DNA of 1,295 bases, taken from Escherichia coli. GTDB taxonomy: Bacteria > Pseudomonadota > Gammaproteobacteria > Enterobacterales > Enterobacteriaceae. The position numbers and the translations under genes were made by a program. Positions 1 to 1,295 of the stretch are shown piece by piece. Location of the stretch: the NCBI RefSeq assembly GCF_003334385.1, contig NZ_QOWN01000117.1. One strand, given 5' to 3'. The number at the start of each line of letters is the position of its first letter. Position 1 is the first letter of the stretch. A model generated the notes under the pieces. That model made no database searches. It was not told the origin of the DNA and worked only from the letters and a program-made list of their open reading frames with translations.

Positions 1-271
1 GTTCAAAGAGGCATACATCAATGCCTTTAACCAGATGGAGAAACAGCTTTCAAATCCCTCTGTACTGAGCGACGTTGCACATAACGCCAGCGTTCTCTAT
101 TCCTACATTTCATCAATTCATCAGGTCTGGCTGCAGCAGCTTTATCCCATGTTGGCAAAAGCCGAATCCCCGCTGGCTGTAAGTCTGTATGACCGCATCA
201 ACGACGCGGCGCTACTGGCCAGTCTCATAAATTTGTCGCTGAACCCTTCAGAGGTAAGGGGGCGCAAATGA
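1..271 (+). CDS. Hypothetical protein, 5'-truncated at the window edge (about 90 C-terminal residues visible)
   Basis: Frame 2 is open from position 2 to the TGA at 269-271. The first in-window ATG (35-37) has no Shine-Dalgarno motif upstream, so the true start is probably upstream of the window. The stop overlaps the next gene's start (ATGA). No family recognised by eye. Confidence 0.6.
   Translation, partial: FKEAYINAFNQMEKQLSNPSVLSDVAHNASVLYSYISSIHQVWLQQLYPMLAKAESPLAVSLYDRINDAALLASLINLSLNPSEVRGRK
256..262 (+). promoter_or_regulatory. Shine-Dalgarno-like ribosome-binding site for the CDS starting at 268
   Basis: AAGGGGG, 5-nt spacer, then ATG; embedded in the 3' end of the upstream gene. 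Confidence 0.6.
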
Positions 272-492
272 TCCGGAATATTTTCAAACGGTTTACCAAT
301 CAGACTTTCCGTTGTCCTCGTCCTGGTCAGTGGTACACCACGCCTGCAGGGCATGTTCTACGTGTCAGCCTGGTTGACCGTGAATGTCAGAAGGTGATTT
401 GTGAACCGCTGGGCCGTAATTACCGCATCAGTATGCCGCTTATAGCCTTTTGCTCCGGAAAAATGTTTAAGCGTCTGGGAGGTGTGGCGTGA
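268..492 (+). CDS. Hypothetical small basic protein (74 aa) with four cysteines; possible nucleic-acid-binding or metal-binding protein
   Basis: ATG at 268-270 lies 5 nt downstream of AAGGGGG (256-262). The ORF runs to TGA at 490-492. By my count it has 13 Arg/Lys against 3 Asp/Glu, with Cys at residues 16, 40, 45 and 62 and His at 29. It overlaps both neighbours by 4 nt. Confidence 0.7.
   Translation: MIRNIFKRFTNQTFRCPRPGQWYTTPAGHVLRVSLVDRECQKVICEPLGRNYRISMPLIAFCSGKMFKRLGGVA
477..482 (+). promoter_or_regulatory. Shine-Dalgarno-like ribosome-binding site for the CDS starting at 489 (GTG)
   Basis: GGGAGG, 6-nt spacer, then GTG; embedded in the 3' end of the upstream gene. Confidence 0.6.
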
Positions 493-788
493 ACTGTTTT
501 CAGTTTGTGTGCGGATGTGCTTTCGATAACCCGATTCAGCGCCTGATTATGTTGCGTGTTTTGATGTCGGGTTCTTCAGACGGTGAAGGCGAGAGAGTTA
601 TTGATCATCAGGTGCTTGCTGATTTCTGCTGTTGTTCTAAGCAAGCGATATTCAGGGAAACCCTGGCACTGGAAAGAGCTGGTTATCTTCATATCCGAAA
701 AATTGCAACGCTTACTATTGATGCAAAAGCCAGACTACAACCTGCGCGTGGCTACACAATTCTCATGCCGCGGAAGGAGGTTGTATGA
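489..788 (+). CDS. Hypothetical 99-aa protein with a helix-turn-helix-like segment and two cysteine clusters; putative small DNA-binding regulator
   Basis: GTG at 489-491 lies 6 nt downstream of GGGAGG (477-482). The ORF ends at TGA 786-788. The internal ATGs at 549 and 564 have no Shine-Dalgarno motif, so the GTG is preferred. Residues about 40-69 (HQVLADFCCCSKQAIFRETLALERAGYLHI) fit a helix-turn-helix pattern. Cys clusters are C-G-C (nt 510-518) and C-C-C (nt 627-635). Confidence 0.65.
   Translation: MNCFQFVCGCAFDNPIQRLIMLRVLMSGSSDGEGERVIDHQVLADFCCCSKQAIFRETLALERAGYLHIRKIATLTIDAKARLQPARGYTILMPRKEVV
774..780 (+). promoter_or_regulatory. Shine-Dalgarno-like ribosome-binding site for the CDS starting at 785
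   Basis: AAGGAGG, 4-nt spacer, then ATG; embedded in the 3' end of the upstream gene. Confidence 0.65.
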
Positions 789-1295
789 GCCGTTACGCCC
801 CCACACCGGAAGTTATGGCTATTGGTCAAATTAATATTTCCGGCAATGTTACACCTGCGAACTGGTGGAAATATATTCGACTACCCAGTGGGCGTCCGGA
901 TGCGACGGCTATCGCTCTGCTTTCAGAGATCGTTTACTGGTACCGCCCGACAGAGGTCAGGGATGAGCACACCGGAGCGTTGCTGGGATATCGCAAGCGT
1001 TTTCAGGGCGACAAACTGCAAAGAAGCTACCAGGCGTTTGCTGAGCAGTTTGGTTTCGGGAAAAGGGAAACCGCAGATGCGCTGAAGCGTCTGCGCGATG
1101 CAGGGTTTATTACTCTGGATTTACGCACGGTGGAAATGCTCGATGGGGTGAAATGCAGCAATATTTTGTTTGTCGGGATCAACCCACAGGCAATTGCGGC
1201 CATCACCACACCTTCTTCTGTTTCGCCAGAAAGTAACAGCAATAATGCAATCAGCGATACAGCTATTACGTTAAAACGGAACACCCCCCGACGTC
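785..1295 (+). CDS. Putative winged-helix DNA-binding protein, possibly a phage/plasmid replication-initiator-like N-terminal domain; 3'-truncated at the window edge
   Basis: ATG at 785-787 lies 4 nt downstream of AAGGAGG (774-780). Frame 2 is open to the end of the window, about 170 codons with no stop. The segment FGKRETADALKRLRDAGFITLDLRTVEMLDGVKCSNILFVG looks like a recognition helix followed by a beta wing. It is followed by a Ser/Asn/Thr-rich low-complexity stretch (TTPSSVSPESNSNNAISDTAIT) typical of an interdomain linker. The functional assignment is by pattern resemblance only. Confidence 0.7.
   Translation, partial: MSRYAPTPEVMAIGQINISGNVTPANWWKYIRLPSGRPDATAIALLSEIVYWYRPTEVRDEHTGALLGYRKRFQGDKLQRSYQAFAEQFGFGKRETADALKRLRDAGFITLDLRTVEMLDGVKCSNILFVGINPQAIAAITTPSSVSPESNSNNAISDTAITLKRNTPRR

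Noticed and set aside
35-271. ATG at 35 as the true start of gene 1 (78-aa ORF as listed in the track)
   Set aside because: There is no Shine-Dalgarno-like motif upstream and the same frame stays open back to the first base of the window, so a 5'-truncated longer gene is more likely. This is not fully excluded.
142-354. Minus-strand ORF of 70 aa
   Set aside because: It is entirely antisense to two + strand genes that are better supported by ribosome-binding sites and start/stop coupling. It has no evident Shine-Dalgarno motif and its Arg/Thr/Ser-rich composition is typical of an antisense artefact.
549-566. Internal ATGs (549, 564) as alternative starts for gene 3
   Set aside because: Neither has an upstream Shine-Dalgarno motif, whereas the GTG at 489 has GGGAGG at ideal spacing and exactly overlaps the upstream stop.
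268-788. Genes 2 and 3 as a toxin-antitoxin pair (two small overlapping genes)
   Set aside because: The pair sits in the middle of a longer coupled chain rather than as an autonomous two-gene module with its own promoter. Neither protein shows a recognisable toxin or antitoxin signature, so the overlap alone is insufficient.
583-834. Alternative-frame + strand ORF of 83 aa
   Set aside because: It is embedded in gene 3 and crosses the gene 3/gene 4 junction in a different frame. It has no Shine-Dalgarno motif and would conflict with the consistent coupled-gene architecture.
822-1085. Alternative-frame + strand ORF of 87 aa
   Set aside because: It is internal to gene 4 in another frame, whereas the gene 4 frame is open for about 170 codons from a start with a strong ribosome-binding site. 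The Arg/Ser-rich composition looks like an out-of-frame artefact.
1027-1284. Minus-strand ORF of 85 aa with a hydrophobic Leu-rich run that could pass for a transmembrane helix
   Set aside because: It lies wholly inside the + strand gene 4 reading frame, and hydrophobic runs commonly arise from antisense translation of coding sequence. There is no independent start signal, though a genuine antisense small protein cannot be excluded without expression data.
1284-1289. C6 homopolymer tract within the gene 4 linker region as a possible slippage or phase-variation site
   Set aside because: Six bases is short for a contingency locus, and the tract encodes Thr-Pro-Pro, which fits a proline-containing linker. 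There is no supporting evidence of frame switching.
1-1295. Search for CRISPR repeats, tRNA/ncRNA, transposon inverted repeats, terminator hairpins or iterons
   Set aside because: I saw no convincing direct or inverted repeat structure by eye. The window is fully coding on one strand, leaving no space for such elements; an exhaustive repeat search would need computation.

Overview
The whole 1295-bp window is coding on the + strand, with no intergenic DNA. It holds four head-to-tail genes joined by 4-nt start/stop overlaps (ATGA at 268-271, GTGA at 489-492, ATGA at 785-788), each internal start preceded by a Shine-Dalgarno-like motif inside the upstream gene. Gene 1 (1-271) is cut at its 5' end by the window edge. 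Gene 2 (268-492) is a strongly basic 74-aa protein with four cysteines. Gene 3 (489-788) is a 99-aa protein with a GTG start, two cysteine clusters and a helix-turn-helix-like segment. Gene 4 (785 to beyond 1295) has a winged-helix-like DNA-binding segment followed by a Ser/Asn/Thr-rich linker, which resembles the N-terminal part of phage or plasmid replication-initiator proteins; this assignment is tentative. I could not place any of the four proteins in a named family from sequence alone, and saw no RNA genes, CRISPR repeats, transposon ends or terminators. The most defensible reading is part of a polycistronic early/replication-type operon of a mobile element in an enterobacterial-like genome. 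Nothing visible establishes a new biological system; genes 2 and 3 are simply uncharacterised small proteins worth a homology and structure search.
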